DNA of 64,000 nt from Polyangiales bacterium (GCA_044229975.1 JBGARZ010000021.1:64001-128000), one strand, 5' to 3'; shown: positions 28,616 to 39,648, counted from the first letter of the stretch. A program made the numbers and translations. Notes: generated by a model from the letters alone, not told the origin.

Positions 28616-29575
28616 ATGGCAGCTCCGCGGCCGCAGCGCTGGCGATGGACGCTCCCCGTGACGGTGGCGCTCGCCCTCGTCGGGGCACCCACCTCGGCCC
28701 AACCGCGCGACGCTGCACGGGCAGAGGCGCGGGCGGCGTTTCGCGACGGCATGACGGCGTGGCGCGCGGGTGACTTCGTCCGCGCGGCGACACTCTTCCG
28801 ACAAGCTCAGTCGCTCTCGCCGCACCCCGATACGCAGTTCAATCTGGCGCGCGCCGAGGAGCGGGCGGGCAACGCCGCCGCCGCTGCGACTGCCTACGAG
28901 GATTACCTCCAACAGGCCCCGGCAGCCCCCGACGCCGACGCGGTGCGTGTGGTCATCGCGAGGTTGCGCGCGTCTCTTCCTGCCGTGGTGACGCCTCCCG
29001 TGGTGACGCCCCCCGTAGTGACGCCTCCCGTAGTGACGCCCCCCGTGGTGACGCCTCCCGTGGTGACGCCTCCCGTGGTGACGCCTCCCGTGGTGACGCC
29101 TCCGAGTACCTATGACCGTATTACCGAGCGCCGCCGGCGCCGCGTGTCGTTTCGACTCGGGCTCATCGGTGGCTTCGCCGCGCCCCGCGATCGACAGAAC
29201 CTCGCCGTCGGGGTCGAAGCGACGATGTTCATCGGGCGCTCGCTCACGCTGCTCGGACACGGCCTCTTCATCGACACCGACGGCGCGCCGAAGGTCGTCA
29301 CCGGGGAGGCCGGCTGGACCTTCGTCGGCGACGACTTCGACCTCGCGGTCCTCGCCCACGCCGGGGTGCTGCTGGAGTGTGACGCCGTCTGTCGTGAGGG
29401 CACCCAGCGCGGGTCGGCCGTCTTCCTCGGTGGCATCACCTTGAAGGTCGACGTGCTCTTCCACCCGCGCCTCTCCGTCGGTCTCTACGGTCGCTTCTCC
29501 TGGCAGGACCTCAACCTCCTCTCCAGCGACGCCCTCTTGTCTTCCATCGGGCTCTCCGTCAGCTTTCACCTGTGA
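28616..29575 (+). CDS. Exported TPR protein with (VVTPP)8 linker and beta-rich C-terminal domain
   Basis: Signal peptide; TPR FNLARAEERAG...YEDYL; C-terminal beta strands ending SVSFHL. Confidence 0.75.
   Translation: MAAPRPQRWRWTLPVTVALALVGAPTSAQPRDAARAEARAAFRDGMTAWRAGDFVRAATLFRQAQSLSPHPDTQFNLARAEERAGNAAAAATAYEDYLQQAPAAPDADAVRVVIARLRASLPAVVTPPVVTPPVVTPPVVTPPVVTPPVVTPPVVTPPVVTPPSTYDRITERRRRRVSFRLGLIGGFAAPRDRQNLAVGVEATMFIGRSLTLLGHGLFIDTDGAPKVVTGEAGWTFVGDDFDLAVLAHAGVLLECDAVCREGTQRGSAVFLGGITLKVDVLFHPRLSVGLYGRFSWQDLNLLSSDALLSSIGLSVSFHL
28985..29104 (+). repeat. 15-bp coding tandem repeat x8
   Basis: GTRGTGACGCCYCCS units encoding VVTPP. Confidence 0.92.
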
Positions 29576-30930
29576 GCGCGTCCGACACCGCGACGCCCGT
29601 GATCGCGCCCCCCAGCGGGTCGGGCGAGCGCGTGCACACCGTTCGCATCGAGCGCGGCACCGCGTCGGTTCCGCCACCCGCGGCCCCGATCGACGCCGTC
29701 GACCCGGCCCTCGGGCGCGTGCTCGGCGGGCGATACGCCATCGAATCCGTCGTCGCCCGCGGCGGCATGGGCATCATCTATCGGGCCCGCCACCTCGCCG
29801 TCGGGCGCCCCGTGGCGGTGAAGATCCTGCGCGCCGACCTCGCCCGCAACACCGAGGCCCTCGCGCGCTTCCACCGCGAAGCGCAAGCCGCGGCGGCCAT
29901 CGGTCACCCGCACATCATCGAGGTCATCGACTTCGGGCACAGCCCCGAGGGCGACGCCTACCTCGTGATGGAGCTCATCGACGGCACCGACCTCGCCGGG
30001 CTCCTGCGCCGCGAGGGCAGGCTCCCGGTCGCTCGCGCCCTCGCCATCGTCCGCCAGGTCGCCGACGCGCTCGGCGCCGCGCACGCCAAGGGCATCGTCC
30101 ACCGCGACCTCAAATGCGAAAACGTCATGGTCCTCGCGCGCGGCGAGGAGGACTACGCCAAGGTGCTCGACTTCGGCATCTCCAAGGTGCTCGAAGACGA
30201 CCAGGGCCGCGCCCCCATCACCCGCGACGGCGTCGTGCTCGGAACGCCCCAGTACATGGCCCCCGAGCAGGGCTCCGACGGCGCGCTCGTCGACCACCGC
30301 GCCGACCTCTACGCGCTCGGGTGCATCTTCTTCGAGCTCCTCACCGGCACGCTCCCGTACGAGGGAAAGACGCCGATGGAGGTGATGTACAAGCACAACC
30401 ACGCGGCCATCCCCGTGCCCTCGTCACGCGTGACCCAGCACCGCGTCCCGTCGGCCATTGACGCCATCGTGGTGCGGCTCCTCGCCAAGTCCCGCGACGA
30501 TCGCTTCCCCGACGCGCGCGCCGTGGTCGACGCCCTCGACGCCGCGCTCTCGCCCGACCGGGGCGTCGTGCGCTGGCGCCGTCTCGTGGTCGCCGCCGTG
30601 CTCGTCGCTGTCGGCAGCCTCGTCACCGAGCTCGCGTGGCGCTCGCCCCACCACCCCGACCCCCCATCCGTCGTCGCGCGCACCATCGCCCGCCTGCCCG
30701 CCGCTCGTCGCGTGCCGACGGCTCCGCTGCGCCTGCCGACTGCGCCCGCGGCGCCGGTCGTTCCCGCGGTGGTGCCGACGACGGATGTCCCGCCCGTCGC
30801 GGTGGTGGCTCCGCTCGCGCCTCCGGTCGAGGCCGTCCGTCCGGCACGTCCGCTGCCGATCGTGCGTCGACGACCGCGCCCGACGGTCGTCGAGGATGAC
30901 GCCGGCCTCAGGCCCGATCCGTACGGGTGA
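29572..30930 (+). CDS. Membrane Ser/Thr protein kinase
   Basis: ARGGMGIIY, VAVKIL, HRDLKCEN, DFGISK, GTPQYMAPEQ; TM; C-terminal DPY; GTGA overlap with the TPR gene. Confidence 0.92.
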   Translation: MSASDTATPVIAPPSGSGERVHTVRIERGTASVPPPAAPIDAVDPALGRVLGGRYAIESVVARGGMGIIYRARHLAVGRPVAVKILRADLARNTEALARFHREAQAAAAIGHPHIIEVIDFGHSPEGDAYLVMELIDGTDLAGLLRREGRLPVARALAIVRQVADALGAAHAKGIVHRDLKCENVMVLARGEEDYAKVLDFGISKVLEDDQGRAPITRDGVVLGTPQYMAPEQGSDGALVDHRADLYALGCIFFELLTGTLPYEGKTPMEVMYKHNHAAIPVPSSRVTQHRVPSAIDAIVVRLLAKSRDDRFPDARAVVDALDAALSPDRGVVRWRRLVVAAVLVAVGSLVTELAWRSPHHPDPPSVVARTIARLPAARRVPTAPLRLPTAPAAPVVPAVVPTTDVPPVAVVAPLAPPVEAVRPARPLPIVRRRPRPTVVEDDAGLRPDPYG

Positions 30931-31642
30931 GCTCGCGCATCATCACCCGCCGCTCGCGTCGACCCACGATGGTCGCCAGCCGCGCGTAGAAACGCTCGGT
31001 CTCGCGCGCTACCCACGGCACCGTCGCCTCGCGGTGTCCGCGCACCCGCAGATCGGCCAGCACCGTCGTCGCGAGCGCCGCTCCCAGCCCCGTCCCCCGC
31101 GCCTCGGCGAACACCCCGATGGGGCCGAAGGTCCCCCGGTGCGCGAGGTTGCCCGAGTGCGCCGCAAAGCCCAGCCACGCGCCCTCGGTTGAGCGCGCGG
31201 CGAAGAGTCCATCGTGCGACAGCGCGCGCGTCGCCTCCCACGCCCACGCCGCGCCAAACCGCGCCTCGATCAGCGCGATGACCTCGCCCGCCCCGCGCAC
31301 CGTCTCGACTCCTTCGACCGCGCGCACCGCCACCGCTGTCTCCACCCGCAGGTCGACGTGCCCACCACGCGTCGCAAAGCCCACCGCGGCGAAGCGCTCG
31401 GCATCATCGTCGTCGACCCCGCTGTCGATGTAGTTGCCCGGCGGTCCACCCACCGTGAGACGCGTTGCGCCCAGCTCGCGCGAGCGCTCCATCACCGCGT
31501 CCAGCGAGCCCGCGTCGCCGTCCCACCAGGCGAGCCATGCCGTGCGCGATCCGTCCGCGGGCCCGGCCATCAACGACCCGCCGACGAGCGTCAGCGCCCG
31601 CGGCGGTCGGAGCTTCTCCGCCAGCGTCTCGGCGTCGATCAC
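30908..31642 (-). CDS. GNAT family N-acetyltransferase
   Basis: FGPIGVFAEARGTGLGAAL acetyl-CoA motif, ERFYARL; GTG start overlaps the wecB stop. Confidence 0.72.
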   Translation of the reverse strand: MIDAETLAEKLRPPRALTLVGGSLMAGPADGSRTAWLAWWDGDAGSLDAVMERSRELGATRLTVGGPPGNYIDSGVDDDDAERFAAVGFATRGGHVDLRVETAVAVRAVEGVETVRGAGEVIALIEARFGAAWAWEATRALSHDGLFAARSTEGAWLGFAAHSGNLAHRGTFGPIGVFAEARGTGLGAALATTVLADLRVRGHREATVPWVARETERFYARLATIVGRRERRVMMRELTRTDRA

Positions 31643-32754
31643 CGCCACGCGTCGAGGAGCACCTGCGTCACGCGCTCGGCCGCCCGACCGTCCCAGCCCT
31701 CCACCGCGCGACCCTGCTTGTAGCGGCCCTCCAGCACCTCCAGCACCCGCGCCCACGCGGCGTCGAGGTCGTCGCCCACGAGGGTGTTGGTGCCGTCGGT
31801 CACCGTCGCCGGCCGCTCGGTGTTGCTCCGCAACGTCAGGCACGGAACCCCCAGCGCGGTCGTCTCCTCCTGGATGCCGCCAGAGTCGGTGAGCACCAGC
31901 GCGGCGTCGGCCATGAGCCCGAGGTTCTCCCGGTAGCCCAACGGGTCGCGCAGGTGGATCGCCGCGTTGGACGACAACCGATCGAGCAGACCGAAGCGCA
32001 CGAGGCGCTCGCGCGTCCGCGGGTGCGTCGGAAACACCACCGCACACCGGGCCGCCACCGACTCCAGCAACCCGACGAGGGCGGCGAGACGCACCGGCTC
32101 GTCGACGTTGGACGGGCGGTGCAGCGTGACCAGCGCGTAGCCCTTCGACGTGAGGCCCATCGCCGCCGCGACACCCAGCGCCCGCGCGGCCGGGAGCTGG
32201 TGCATCAGCGTGTCGATCATCACGTTGCCGACGAAGCGCACGCGCTCGGCGGGGACACCCTCTCGCGCGAGGTTGGCGTCGCCCGCCCGCTCGCTCGTGA
32301 GCAGCAGGTCGCAGATGGCGTCGGTGGCGAGGCGATTGATCTCCTCGGGCATCGCGCGGTCGAAGGAGCGCAGGCCCGCCTCGACGTGTGCCACGGGGAT
32401 CTCCAGCTTCGTCGCCGCGAGCGCGCACGCCAGCGTGCTGTTGACGTCGCCCACCACCACCACGCCGCGAGGCTTCGTCGCGCAACCCAGCAGGTACTCC
32501 TCGAAGGACGCGAGCACCCGCGCGGTCTGCGCGCCGTGGGTGCCCGACCCCGCGTTGAGGTGCACGTCCGGCGCGGGCATCCCGAGCTCGCGGAAGAACA
32601 CATCGCTCATCGCGGCGTCGTAGTGCTGCCCCGTGTGCACGAGCACCCGATCGAAGGGCGCGCTCGCGACGGTCATCGCGCGCAGCACCGGGGCCACCTT
32701 CATGAAGTTGGGCCGCGCCCCCGCCACGAACACCACCGCACCCGTCTGGCTCAT
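31639..32754 (-). CDS. wecB: UDP-N-acetylglucosamine 2-epimerase (non-hydrolysing)
   Basis: GARPNFMK, HTGQHYD, GDVNST, HVEAGLRS, MPEEINR, TDSGGIQEE. Confidence 0.95.
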   Translation of the reverse strand: MSQTGAVVFVAGARPNFMKVAPVLRAMTVASAPFDRVLVHTGQHYDAAMSDVFFRELGMPAPDVHLNAGSGTHGAQTARVLASFEEYLLGCATKPRGVVVVGDVNSTLACALAATKLEIPVAHVEAGLRSFDRAMPEEINRLATDAICDLLLTSERAGDANLAREGVPAERVRFVGNVMIDTLMHQLPAARALGVAAAMGLTSKGYALVTLHRPSNVDEPVRLAALVGLLESVAARCAVVFPTHPRTRERLVRFGLLDRLSSNAAIHLRDPLGYRENLGLMADAALVLTDSGGIQEETTALGVPCLTLRSNTERPATVTDGTNTLVGDDLDAAWARVLEVLEGRYKQGRAVEGWDGRAAERVTQVLLDAWR

Positions 32755-33914
32755 GCCTCGTCCCTCCGCGAACTCCGTCCGTCGGTACCGCGCGCGACCT
32801 CCGCCAGGAACGCGAAGGTCTCCTCCGCGCACCGCTCCCAGGTGAAGCGCTCCGCTCGTTGATGGGCCCGCCGCGCGAGCTCGGCCCGCCGCTCGGGCGC
32901 CGCCGCCAGCTCGCGCACACGGCGCACGATCTCGCGCGGATCTTCGGGGTCGAAGTACACGCCCGCGTCGTCGAGCACCTCGGGCATCGGCCCGCGCGCC
33001 GAGCTCGCGATGGGCAGCCCCCCGGCCATCGCTTCGAGCAGGATGTTGGGCATGTTTTCACACGACGACGCGTAGACGAACATCTCCGCGCGGCGGTAGC
33101 GCGCCGCGAGCTGCGCGTGGGGGAGGGGGCCTCGCCAGGTCATGTACGCCTGCGCCGGGTCGTGCTTCGCCATCCGCGTCCGCAGCTCGTGCTCGGCATC
33201 GGGGCCGTCGCTGCCGCCCACGAACTCCATCGACACGGGGAGGCCCTCCGCACGGAGCATCTGAGCCGCGTCGGCCACCGCGGCGAAGTGCTTGTACGGC
33301 GACACCGTGGACACGTAGAGCAGCCGCAGCGGGTCGGCCTCGGTGAACGCCTCGGCGGCGCGTTGCGCCCGCGGCTCGGCGCGCATGGAATCGTCCACGC
33401 CGTGCGGGACGATGGTGTGCCGCCGCGGAGGCGAGGCGAGCTGCGGCAGGATGGCGTCGCGGGCGTAGCGCGTGAGGAAGATGACCCCGTCGGCGCCAGA
33501 GAACTGCCGCGACTGCGCGACGCGCAACACCTCCAGGCGGGCGCGCGTGGTGGTGAACCCGAAGCGGGCGCGCTCGACGGCCTCGAAGGGGAGCATGTTG
33601 CGCGACATCACCACGCGGGGGCGAGCCGGGCACGCCGTCGCGCCGCCGGGGGCGAAGAGCAGCGCGCCGTCGAGGTGACGCGGGAGCTCGAAGCGCTGCC
33701 AGAGCAGACGCTCGGGCAGCGTGCGGTCGAGCGCGGGGTGGTGACGGGCCGTGAGCCACGGGCGCGTCGGAAGGCGATCGAGGGTGGCGCGGCCCGACCA
33801 GACGCCCACGGAGGTGACGCCGTGCCGCTCGGGCGAGGCCGCGTCGAGCAGCGCGAGCAGGTGGGTGACGCCGCCGCCATTGCGGAGGTTCGATGCGTCG
33901 ATGACGACCTTCAT
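32751..33914 (-). CDS. Glycosyltransferase family 4
   Basis: IVPHGVD, YVSTVSPYKH, ENMPNILLEAMAGG (E-x7-E), FTWERCAEET. Confidence 0.9.
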   Translation of the reverse strand: MKVVIDASNLRNGGGVTHLLALLDAASPERHGVTSVGVWSGRATLDRLPTRPWLTARHHPALDRTLPERLLWQRFELPRHLDGALLFAPGGATACPARPRVVMSRNMLPFEAVERARFGFTTTRARLEVLRVAQSRQFSGADGVIFLTRYARDAILPQLASPPRRHTIVPHGVDDSMRAEPRAQRAAEAFTEADPLRLLYVSTVSPYKHFAAVADAAQMLRAEGLPVSMEFVGGSDGPDAEHELRTRMAKHDPAQAYMTWRGPLPHAQLAARYRRAEMFVYASSCENMPNILLEAMAGGLPIASSARGPMPEVLDDAGVYFDPEDPREIVRRVRELAAAPERRAELARRAHQRAERFTWERCAEETFAFLAEVARGTDGRSSRRDEA

Positions 33915-33927
33915 TCGCCGCCGACGC

Positions 33928-34767
33928 TCACCCCGCGCTGCGCTTGCGCTGGTCGTTGGTGATGCGCCCCGCCGGCGGCTTCCGGAGGGCCGTCGCACGA
34001 AACCACAGGAGCAGCCGGTCGCGGACCTTCCACGGCAGCAGCTTGAACGCCTCGCTGGTGACCCGCCCCACGTTGAAGCGCATGGCCTCGTCGGCCGTCA
34101 TCATGGGCCGCGCCGCGAGGTCGACGGTCACCCCGTGCTCGCGGCAGATGGCGACGCCATACGGGACCCACTTCCCCGACGTGACGCCGGCGTAATAGTC
34201 GAGGACGTCGTCGTGCACGCAGTAGAAGCCGCGCGCGAAGGAGTCCGATCGGCGCGCGCCGAGCACCTCGAACTCCCACGGGTTCTCTCCATCGCGGAGG
34301 AGCGCGAGCAGGTCTTCGCGGCGCCAGAGCGCGGCCTGCATCGACGAGCGGTACGGCGCGCCCGGCTCGCACTCGCCGACGGCGGGGTAGCGCGCGAGTC
34401 GCAGGTCTGGCGGCGGAAACGGCAGCATGCGCAGGTACGCCGCGTCGAGCGCGAAGAAGTCGTCGACGCGGGCTAGCACCTCCGCGGTGTCGACCCGTCG
34501 GCGGAGGAGGAAGTCTTCGAGCACGACGAGCACGGCGGGCGTGTCGATGGCCTCGACCATGGCGCGCAGCCCGCGGCTCCAGTCGATGTCGTCGCCGATG
34601 CACAGCGGCTCGACGCCGGGCTCGGCGCAGGGGACGTGGTTGCTGCCCACGACGACGCGGAAGGGGCAGTCGGGCCAGTGGCGGCGCAGCAGCGCGAAGA
34701 AGGGCTTCCACACGTCCGCGTAGGGGTCGCAGCTCGGGACCAGCAGGGTGACGCGCGGGTCAGTCAT
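33928..34767 (-). CDS. Polysaccharide-cluster protein, probable GT-A-like transferase
   Basis: SCDPYADVWKPFF...WPDCP, LEDFLL, SMQAALW, ENPWEFE; context among sugar genes. Confidence 0.55.
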   Translation of the reverse strand: MTDPRVTLLVPSCDPYADVWKPFFALLRRHWPDCPFRVVVGSNHVPCAEPGVEPLCIGDDIDWSRGLRAMVEAIDTPAVLVVLEDFLLRRRVDTAEVLARVDDFFALDAAYLRMLPFPPPDLRLARYPAVGECEPGAPYRSSMQAALWRREDLLALLRDGENPWEFEVLGARRSDSFARGFYCVHDDVLDYYAGVTSGKWVPYGVAICREHGVTVDLAARPMMTADEAMRFNVGRVTSEAFKLLPWKVRDRLLLWFRATALRKPPAGRITNDQRKRSAG

Positions 34768-34788
34768 GGTGAACGTTCTCCACGGGCT

Positions 34789-36705
34789 TTACGGGTCGAG
34801 GTATTGCTGCGCCCACGCCTCGAAGACCAGCAGCGGGAAGATGTGCGTGTTGGCGTCGGCCAGCCCGGCGTCGAAGCGCCGCATGAGGTCGCGCACGCCC
34901 TGCGGGTCGAAGACCCCGCGCCGCGCCACGCGCTCGGGGTCGAGGTGGTCATCCAGGTACTTGCGCGCGCTGCCCCGAAACCACGTGTCGAGCGGGACGT
35001 TGAAGCCCCACTTCGGGGCCTCGCGCTCTTCCGCTGGGAGCAGGTCGCCTACCGCCGCGCGCAGCACGCTCTTGAGCGAGGTCGCGCCGAGCCCGGGCAC
35101 CTTGCGGCCAAACCCGATGCCCGCGAGGCGCTTCACCAGGGACAGATCGAGCAGCGGCGAGCGCGCTTCGAGGGACGCCGCCATGGTCATGCGGTCGACC
35201 TTCGTGAGCATCTCGTCGGGCAGGTAGACGAGCACGTCGAGCGCGTTGGCGACGGTCTCGGGGGCCAGGTGGCGCAGGCCCGCGCTCACCGCCCCGTCGA
35301 GGAAGTCCGCGGTCGAGCGATGACCCGCTCGCAGGGCGGGGGAGAGCAGCGCCCGCACGTCGCCATCACCGGGGGAGTTGGCCCACGCGAGCCGCCGCGC
35401 GCCCACGCTCGGACGTCGCGCGGCGTCGAGGAAGCGGCCGATGCGGCGGAAGGCGGTGCCCCGCTGGTTGCCGAGCGCCTGGTGCAGCCCGTCGGCCGCG
35501 CTGCGGACGGCGGGGTCGAATGTCGACGGGCTCACCCGCAGCGCCCGCGCCCAGCGCTCGTAGAGGTACTGCGCGTACCCGCCGAACACCTCGTCGCCGC
35601 CGTCGCCGGTGAGCACCACGGTGACCTCCTTGCGGGCCGCGCGCGCGAGCAGCAGCGTGGGGAGCGCCGACGAGATGGCGAAGGGCTCGTCGGCGTAGCG
35701 AACGAACTCCGGGATGAGCTCGACGAGGTCGGGCCGCGCGAAGAGCTCGTGGTGGTCGGTGCCGAGGTGCCGCGCGACGCGCCGAGCCTTCGGGAGCTCG
35801 TCGTGCGTGGCCGGGCCCTCGAAGCCCATGGAGAAGGTCTTCACGCGGCCGGGCGTGAGCCGGGACATCACCGCGACCACCGTCGACGAGTCGAGGCCGC
35901 CGCTCAGGAAGGCCCCGAGCGGAACCTCCGCGACGAGCCTCCGCTCGACCGCGGCGAAGATCATCCTCCGCACGTCGGCGACCAGCTCGGGGAAGGGCGG
36001 CAGCTCGTCGTCGACGTAGGTGCGCCAGTCCCAGTAGCGGCGCATGGTGACCCCGGCGCGCGAGACCGCGAGCGTGTGTCCCGGCGGCAGCTTGCGGACG
36101 TCCCGAAATACGCTGAGGGGAGAAGGCACGAAGCGCAGCGCGAGGAAGTGACCGAGCGCCTCGGGGTCGACCTCGCGTCGCACCTTCGGGTGCAGCAGCA
36201 GCGGCTTGAGCTCCGAGCCGAAGACCAGCGTGCCGTCGAGGTCGGCGTAGTAGATGGGCTTCTTGCCGAGGTGATCGCGCGCGATGAGCAGGCGGTCACC
36301 GTCGGCCGCGGGGCGCTGGTCGAGCAGCGCAAACGCGAACATCCCTTCGAAGCGCGTGACGCAGGCGTCGCCCCACTCCTCGTAGGCGTGGACGATCACC
36401 TCCGTGTCGCTGCGGGTGCGGAAGACGTGGCCGCACGCCTCCAGCTCGCGCCGCAGCGCGACGAAGTTGTAGATCTCCCCGTTGAAGACCACGTGGACGT
36501 CGCCGGTCTCGTTGGAGACGGGCTGCTGTCCGCCGGCGATGTCGATGATGGCGAGGCGCCGCATGGCGAGCCCCACGCAGTCGCGAAACAGGTAGCCGTC
36601 CGCGTCGGGGCCGCGATGAACGAGCGAGTCGTTCATCCGGCGCACGAGGTCACGGTCGACCGGCGCGCCGTGGCGATACTCGTAGATGCCGACGATGCCG
36701 CACAC
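34789..36705 (-). CDS. asnB: Asparagine synthase (glutamine-hydrolysing) family amidotransferase, likely glycan amidation
   Basis: MCGIVG, HRGPD, FNGEIYN, FLSGGLDSS, LTGDGGDEVFGGY, KVDRMTMAASLEARSP. Confidence 0.93.
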   Translation of the reverse strand: MCGIVGIYEYRHGAPVDRDLVRRMNDSLVHRGPDADGYLFRDCVGLAMRRLAIIDIAGGQQPVSNETGDVHVVFNGEIYNFVALRRELEACGHVFRTRSDTEVIVHAYEEWGDACVTRFEGMFAFALLDQRPAADGDRLLIARDHLGKKPIYYADLDGTLVFGSELKPLLLHPKVRREVDPEALGHFLALRFVPSPLSVFRDVRKLPPGHTLAVSRAGVTMRRYWDWRTYVDDELPPFPELVADVRRMIFAAVERRLVAEVPLGAFLSGGLDSSTVVAVMSRLTPGRVKTFSMGFEGPATHDELPKARRVARHLGTDHHELFARPDLVELIPEFVRYADEPFAISSALPTLLLARAARKEVTVVLTGDGGDEVFGGYAQYLYERWARALRVSPSTFDPAVRSAADGLHQALGNQRGTAFRRIGRFLDAARRPSVGARRLAWANSPGDGDVRALLSPALRAGHRSTADFLDGAVSAGLRHLAPETVANALDVLVYLPDEMLTKVDRMTMAASLEARSPLLDLSLVKRLAGIGFGRKVPGLGATSLKSVLRAAVGDLLPAEEREAPKWGFNVPLDTWFRGSARKYLDDHLDPERVARRGVFDPQGVRDLMRRFDAGLADANTHIFPLLVFEAWAQQYLDP

Positions 36706-36745
36706 GGGGTTTAGGGAATGCTTCGAAGGGGTCGGAGGGAGAGGG

Positions 36746-37744
36746 TCAGCCGTTGGCGCGCTTCTCGCGCTCGGCGAGGGCGACGTCGGCGTCGACCATG
36801 AGCGTCACGAGATCGCGGAAGCCCACGGTGGGCGTCCAGTCGAGCTTGGCCTTCGCCTTGGAAGGGTCAGCCAGGAGCAGGTCGACCTCGGCCGGGCGGA
36901 GGTACCGCTCGTCGAGCTTCACGTGCTCCTGCCAGTCGAGGCCCGCGTGACCAAACGCGATCTCCAGGAACTCCTTCACCGAGTGTGTCTCCCCCGTTCC
37001 CACCACGAAGTCGTCGGGCTCGTCGACCTGGAGCATGCGCCACATGGCGTCGACGTAGTCAGGCGCGAAGCCCCAGTCGCGCTTGGCGTCGAGGTTGCCC
37101 AGGAAGAGTTCTTTCTGGAGGCCGAGCTTGATGCGACCGACGGCGCGCGTGATCTTGCGCGTCACGAAGGTCTCTCCGCGACGAGGCGACTCGTGGTTGA
37201 AGAGCAGCCCGTTGACCGCGAACATCCCGTAGGCCTCGCGGTAGTTCTGCACCATGTAGAACGCGTACGCCTTGGCGACGGCGTAGGGGCTGCGCGGATG
37301 GAAGGGCGTGGTCTCCTTCTGCGGCGTCTCGACGACCTTGCCGTAGAGCTCGCTCGAGCTCGCCTGGTAGAAGCGGCACTGCACGCCGACCTTGCGGATG
37401 GCCTCCAGCATGCGGACGGCGCCGAGCGCGGTGACCTCGCCCGTGTACTCGGGGATGTCGAAGGACACGCGCACGTGGCTCTGCGCGCCGAGGTTGTAGA
37501 CCTCGTCGGGCTTGGTCGCGGTGACGATGGACTGGAGCGACGAGCTGTCGTTGAGGTCGCCGTAGTGGAGGTACAGGTTGACGCCGCGCTCGTGGGGATC
37601 GCGGTACACGCTGTCGAGGCGCTCGGTGTTGAACGAGCTGGAGCGGCGCACGATGCCGTGCACCTCGTAGCCCTTCGCGAGCAGGAGCTCGGTGAGGTAG
37701 GAGCCGTCCTGTCCGGTGATGCCTGTGATGAGGGCGCGCTTCAT
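36746..37744 (-). CDS. gmd: GDP-mannose 4,6-dehydratase
   Basis: [54 protein letters not shown]. Confidence 0.97.
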   Translation of the reverse strand: MKRALITGITGQDGSYLTELLLAKGYEVHGIVRRSSSFNTERLDSVYRDPHERGVNLYLHYGDLNDSSSLQSIVTATKPDEVYNLGAQSHVRVSFDIPEYTGEVTALGAVRMLEAIRKVGVQCRFYQASSSELYGKVVETPQKETTPFHPRSPYAVAKAYAFYMVQNYREAYGMFAVNGLLFNHESPRRGETFVTRKITRAVGRIKLGLQKELFLGNLDAKRDWGFAPDYVDAMWRMLQVDEPDDFVVGTGETHSVKEFLEIAFGHAGLDWQEHVKLDERYLRPAEVDLLLADPSKAKAKLDWTPTVGFRDLVTLMVDADVALAEREKRANG

Positions 37745-38715
37745 GAGGATGTCCGTGCGGTCTCTCGGGCGGCGATGGCGCCGCGGTTGTCGCGGTACCA
37801 CGCGATGGTGCGGCGCAGGCCCTCCTGGAGGGACGTGCGCGCGGTGAAGCCGAAGCGCTCGCGGGCGCGCTCGACGTCGAGCATGCGGCGCGGCTGACCG
37901 TTGGGGCGGTTGGCGTCCCAGCGCACCTCGCCGGTGAAGCCGCAGGCGCGGGCGATGGTGAGGGCGAGCTCGCCCATGGAGATCTCGAAGCCCGCTCCGA
38001 GGTTGACCGGGTCGGCGTCGTCGTAGCGCTCGGCCGCGAGCGCGAGGCCCTCGGCGCAGTCCTCGACGAAGAGAAACTCGCGCGTGGGCGTGCCGTCACC
38101 CCAGAGCGTGACGTGCGACTCGCCGCGAGCCTGGGCGTCGATGAACTTGCGGATCATGGCGGGGATGACGTGCGAGTCTTCGAGGTCGAAGTTGTCGCGC
38201 GGCCCGTAGAGGTTCACCGGGAACACCATCACGAAGTTGGAGCCGTACTCCTGGCGGTAGGCCTGGGCCATCACCAGGAGGGACTTCTTCGCGATGCCGT
38301 AGGGGGCGTTGGTCTCCTCGGGATAGCCGTTCCAGAGGTCGTCTTCGCGGAAGGGGACGGGGGTGAACTTCGGGTACGCGCAGATGGTGCCGGCGACGAC
38401 GACCTTCGCGGTGCCATGGGCGCGCGCGCACTCCAGCACGTTGAGCCCCATCGCCATGTTGTCGTAGAAGAACTTCCCGGGGTGACGACGGTTGGCGCCA
38501 ATGCCGCCCACGCTCGCCGCGAGGTGCACCACGAGGTCGGGCCTGTGCTGCTCGAACATCGCGTGGGTCTGCGCCGCGTCGCGCAGGTCGAACGCCGCCG
38601 AGCGCGGCACCGCCACGTCCGCCGCACCACGGGCGACGAGCGCCTCGACGACGTGCGACCCCAGAAACCCGCTCCCTCCCGTGACCAAGACCTTCTGACC
38701 TGTGAGCGTTGCCAT
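37741..38715 (-). CDS. fcl: GDP-L-fucose synthase
   Basis: [56 protein letters not shown]. Confidence 0.93.
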   Translation of the reverse strand: MATLTGQKVLVTGGSGFLGSHVVEALVARGAADVAVPRSAAFDLRDAAQTHAMFEQHRPDLVVHLAASVGGIGANRRHPGKFFYDNMAMGLNVLECARAHGTAKVVVAGTICAYPKFTPVPFREDDLWNGYPEETNAPYGIAKKSLLVMAQAYRQEYGSNFVMVFPVNLYGPRDNFDLEDSHVIPAMIRKFIDAQARGESHVTLWGDGTPTREFLFVEDCAEGLALAAERYDDADPVNLGAGFEISMGELALTIARACGFTGEVRWDANRPNGQPRRMLDVERARERFGFTARTSLQEGLRRTIAWYRDNRGAIAARETARTSS

Positions 38716-38817
38716 CGTGCGCGATCCTTCTCAAGCCGCAGGGCGGGGCGTCACTACCACGGTACGCCCGGTGCGCCAACGCGCCTCGCGACGCGCTGAC
38801 AGCCTTCAATCCGACGC

Positions 38818-39648
38818 CTACTTCACCGCCTCGATGAGCAGCCCCGTCCCGAGGCGATCACCGAGCAGCCGAACGGCCCATCGCGGGTACAGCTTCCACG
38901 CGAGCTTGTGGTGCCAGCGGCGGTACTTCGCCGCCGGAGGCATCAACAACAGGTCGCCATGAGCGAGCTGCGGCCGCACGTCGGAGCGGTCAAACATCCC
39001 CACGAGGTCTTTTGCCTCGGCCACGGTGTAGGCCTTGGTGCCGGGGCTCTCCAGGTGCTCGAAGACTGCCTGCCGCGGGCTCACCCACGGGCGCAAGCGC
39101 ACGGCGTAGTGGAGGCCCCAGAGCATCAGCCCGACCCACGAGGGGTGGTGATAGACCATGATGAGCGCGGTGCCGCCGGGCTTGAGCACGCGATGCACCT
39201 CGCGCACGGCGCGGCGGGTGTCGGGCGAGTGGTGGAGCACCCCGTACGAGTAGACGAGGTCGAAGCTCGCATCGGGGAAGGGGAGGTTCTCCGCGTCGGC
39301 GACCTGAACCTCCGCCGTGAGCCCCTCCAGCGCGAGGCGCTCGCGGGTGAGCGCGACCCCTTCAGGGGTGAGGTCGACGCCCGTGGCGACGGCCCCGTTG
39401 CGCACCCAGTTGATGAAGTCGGTGCCCGCGCCGACGCCGACCTCCAGCACCTTCAGCCCGCGCCCTCGCTCGAAGCGGGCGAAGGGCTTGATGTACGGCT
39501 CCCACGCGTAGCGGTCGCGCTCGATCTCGTCGAAGAAGGCGCGGCGCTCGGCGGGTGATGCCCCACGGGTGCCGCAGGGCTCCGCCTGCCAGTGCCGTCG
39601 GACGGCGTCTTTCAACGCCTCTGCGTCCCGTGCGGTGGGGTGATCCAT
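38818..39648 (-). CDS. Class I SAM-dependent methyltransferase
   Basis: VLEVGVGAGTD, DAENLPFPDASFDLVYSYGVLHH, RVLKPGG. Confidence 0.9.
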   Translation of the reverse strand: MDHPTARDAEALKDAVRRHWQAEPCGTRGASPAERRAFFDEIERDRYAWEPYIKPFARFERGRGLKVLEVGVGAGTDFINWVRNGAVATGVDLTPEGVALTRERLALEGLTAEVQVADAENLPFPDASFDLVYSYGVLHHSPDTRRAVREVHRVLKPGGTALIMVYHHPSWVGLMLWGLHYAVRLRPWVSPRQAVFEHLESPGTKAYTVAEAKDLVGMFDRSDVRPQLAHGDLLLMPPAAKYRRWHHKLAWKLYPRWAVRLLGDRLGTGLLIEAVK

